A stretch of DNA of 6,251 nucleotides, taken from the NCBI GenBank assembly GCA_964565125.1, contig CAZMCX010000045.1:1-6251 (forward strand), given 5' to 3'. Shown here one piece after another: positions 4,982-6,251 of the stretch. The notes below the pieces were generated by a model that saw only the letters and a program-made list of their open reading frames with translations, made no database searches and had not been told where the DNA came from. The position numbers were made by a program, and so were the translations under genes. Position 1 is the first letter of the stretch. Every line of letters starts with the position of its first letter. This DNA is from an uncultured archaeon. Its GTDB lineage: Archaea; Iainarchaeota; Iainarchaeia; Iainarchaeales; 0-14-0-20-30-16.

Positions 4982-5821
4982 ATGCCTAATAGACCCAAAG
5001 TAATACATATTGAGCCAGTGAGCCAATGGCATACTGAAGCAGGTGTGCATGGATATAAAAAATTGGTTTCTGATTTGCAAAGGCATATTTTAGAAGGGCG
5101 AAGTTTGCCCCACAATTTTGAACAAAGAGAATTTATACAAGCAGTAAGAGCAAAAAGGACAATAAGAATTCATTTAGATAACGGCAGAATATTATTTGGG
5201 AGATTTGTCTTGCCACAGGAAGAGAAAATTAGAGCGAAAGTTAAAGCTTTGGGTATTCCTACTGAAGAAATTTCTACTGACAGATTTGTAGGCTATGAAA
5301 TTCCAGAACACTTGCGTGATAGATTCCATATTTTTAAAAGTGCGGGTATTGCAATAAAAAATATGTCTTTTATTAGCTTTGGAAAGAAATTTTGGCAAGC
5401 CCTAGATCTAATTAAAGATGAACTTCCTAAATATCTTGCAAAGCTTCATAATGCAGGGATACGGCACGGGCATTTACATTCTGGAAATGTAGTTTATGAT
5501 CCAGTAAAAAATACAATTAGTATAATTGATTTTTCTGCTGCAAAAGATTTTGGTGATGTTTTTACTTATGTTTCTGGAGAGCGTGGCCCGCAAAGAATAC
5601 ATGTTAACCAAAGAAAATGGGAAAATATTGATGAATTAATGAAAGTAATGGGGCAAGATTATCAAAGTATTATGCCAACCCTTGGGTTTATGACTGATGA
5701 AGAATTCAAAGCCTTTTGGGGAAAAGTTTATGACTTGTATGATTTGAAATACAAAGACAAAAAGCAAAAAACCTTGTTTGTTTACAAGATGGTTTACTTA
5801 AGAACTAAATCTGTAAAGTAG
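4982..5821 (+). CDS. Protein-kinase-like fold protein (RIO/Bud32/Kdo-kinase/APH-like C-lobe motifs) with His in place of the catalytic-loop Asp
   Basis: 279-aa ORF with an ATG start directly downstream of a TATA-like box; stop is TAG at 5819-5821. The catalytic-loop-like string is LHNAGIRHGHLHSGNVVYD (HGHLHSGN at 5465-5488). A DFG-equivalent ISIIDFSAAKDF follows (IIDF at 5522-5533). Coding status is confident; the family assignment is tentative. Confidence 0.8.
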   Translation: MPNRPKVIHIEPVSQWHTEAGVHGYKKLVSDLQRHILEGRSLPHNFEQREFIQAVRAKRTIRIHLDNGRILFGRFVLPQEEKIRAKVKALGIPTEEISTDRFVGYEIPEHLRDRFHIFKSAGIAIKNMSFISFGKKFWQALDLIKDELPKYLAKLHNAGIRHGHLHSGNVVYDPVKNTISIIDFSAAKDFGDVFTYVSGERGPQRIHVNQRKWENIDELMKVMGQDYQSIMPTLGFMTDEEFKAFWGKVYDLYDLKYKDKKQKTLFVYKMVYLRTKSVK

Positions 5822-5832
5822 GGTTTCGAAAG

Positions 5833-5843
5833 TTATTTAAATA
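5833..5843 (+). promoter_or_regulatory. TATA-like box (TTATTTAAATA) upstream of the 5866 ORF
   Basis: The TTTAAATA core (5836-5843) is centred about 26 nt before the ATG at 5866. This is the same geometry as the 4953 element relative to the 4982 ATG. Confidence 0.45.
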
Positions 5844-5865
5844 GTAATTTGTTAGGGATTTATTT

Positions 5866-6054
5866 ATGATTACAATTTATCTTATTGAATTTTTGATTTT
5901 TTTATTTATTGGCTGGGTTATAGACTCTGCTTATCGAAGTGTTGCTAGTAGTAAACTTAGAAATTCAGGGTATTTTAAAGGTCCATTTTGTCCGATCTAT
6001 GGTTTTGGGGGTACATTGACCTTTTACATTCTATTTATTGGATTATTTTGGTAA
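5866..6054 (+). CDS. Small two-TM membrane ORF resembling the N-terminal part of the 'putative ABC-transporter type IV' family (DUF1113/PF06541-like); possibly truncated
   Basis: MITIYLIEFLIFLFIGWVIDSAY...NSGYFKGPFCPIYGFGG matches the family's N-terminal signature as I recall it: a hydrophobic helix ending in GW..E/D..Y, then nrGfl.GPyCPIYGFGa. Family members are normally several-fold longer than 62 aa. ATG start with an upstream TATA-like box; stop is TAA at 6052-6054. Confidence 0.55.
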   Translation: MITIYLIEFLIFLFIGWVIDSAYRSVASSKLRNSGYFKGPFCPIYGFGGTLTFYILFIGLFW

Positions 6055-6251
6055 CTTTATTTTTTTATTTTGTCTTTCCCTATGTATTGATCTTTGAAAC
6101 AAAACTATTGATTCCGTCTTATTTTGATATCCCTTGTTTAGTTGTGTTTGTTGTCGGAGGAATATGGCTAACTTTACGAAAGAACCCACAGCGGTATTTA
6201 GAATTTAGCGAAAAAATAATTAATTTGTCAATTGGGGAATATCAAACTTTA
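6054..6251 (+). CDS. Unassigned open frame running off the 3' window edge (start unresolved). It is either a frameshifted continuation of the preceding membrane gene or a separate gene with a non-ATG start.
   Basis: Frame 3 has no stop from 5979 to the window end. Its translation is hydrophobic and membrane-like: TLFFYFVFPYVLIFETKLLIPSYFDIPCLVVFVVGGIWLTLRKNPQRYLEFSEKIINLSIGEYQTL. It has no in-frame ATG; TTG codons at 6048, 6087 and 6108 and GTG at 6144 are possible starts. The other two + frames are closed here, and all three minus-strand frames entering from the 3' window edge hit stops within about ten codons. Confidence 0.3.
6056..6071 (+). terminator. Oligo-T tract (TTTATTTTTTTATTTT), a candidate archaeal intrinsic terminator
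   Basis: A T7 run (6060-6066) plus a T4 run lie immediately after the stop of the 62-codon ORF. Archaeal RNA polymerase terminates at oligo-T tracts. The tract also lies inside an open frame (see next feature), so the call is ambiguous. Confidence 0.3.

Noticed and set aside
5345-5362. GIAIKN in the kinase-like protein as the VAIK-type ATP-binding lysine motif
   Set aside because: It lies only about 38 residues before the catalytic loop. That is too close to hold helix C, the hinge and helices D and E of a kinase fold. Lys58 (VRAK) has more plausible spacing.
6156-6208. GGAGG followed 3 nt later by ATG (6164), looking like a Shine-Dalgarno plus start
   Set aside because: The ATG opens only a 14-codon frame (MANFTKEPTAVFRI, stop 6206-6208) and the spacing is too short. 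The GGAGGA more likely just encodes Gly-Gly in the open frame 3.
1-6251. Possible stop-codon reassignment, since all called genes end in TAA or TAG and none in TGA
   Set aside because: Seven genes in an AT-rich genome is too small a sample. TAA/TAG bias is expected from composition. All recognisable proteins have normal lengths under the standard code.
1-6251. Scan for tRNA, rRNA, CRISPR repeats, IS or transposase ends, integrases and known defence-system genes
   Set aside because: There are no G+C-rich structured islands in the few short intergenic regions. There are no periodic direct repeats and no terminal inverted repeats. No ORF shows nuclease, integrase or transposase motifs that I can recognise.

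Overview
This is an AT-rich, tightly packed, almost entirely protein-coding window that looks archaeal, probably from a small-genome DPANN-like lineage. It encodes a DRG/Rbg-type GTPase with a TGS domain, an archaeal/eukaryotic family. Genes with visible upstream DNA have TATA-like boxes centred about 25-27 nt before their ATGs, the leaderless-mRNA pattern. Layout: (1) a 5'-partial membrane-anchored surface protein on the + strand (1-1311). (2) A co-directional minus-strand cluster (4929 down to 1316) of four genes: the DRG GTPase, a class I cysteine desulfurase (IscS/NifS type), a U-type Fe-S scaffold fused to a CxxC DUF1858-like domain, and an unrecognisable 158-aa basic helical protein. (3) Divergent from that cluster, a 279-aa protein-kinase-like protein, then a 62-codon ORF resembling only the N-terminus of a known membrane-protein family, then an open frame running off the 3' edge. 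I see no rRNA, tRNA, CRISPR array, transposase, long repeat or recognisable defence system. The points most worth a second look are: the DRG homologue with non-canonical G3 and G4 motifs; the kinase-like protein whose catalytic-loop Asp is His; the IscU-CxxC domain fusion; the orphan terminal gene of the cluster; and the truncated or frameshifted membrane gene. All family assignments are by-eye motif recognition and need HMM or structure confirmation.
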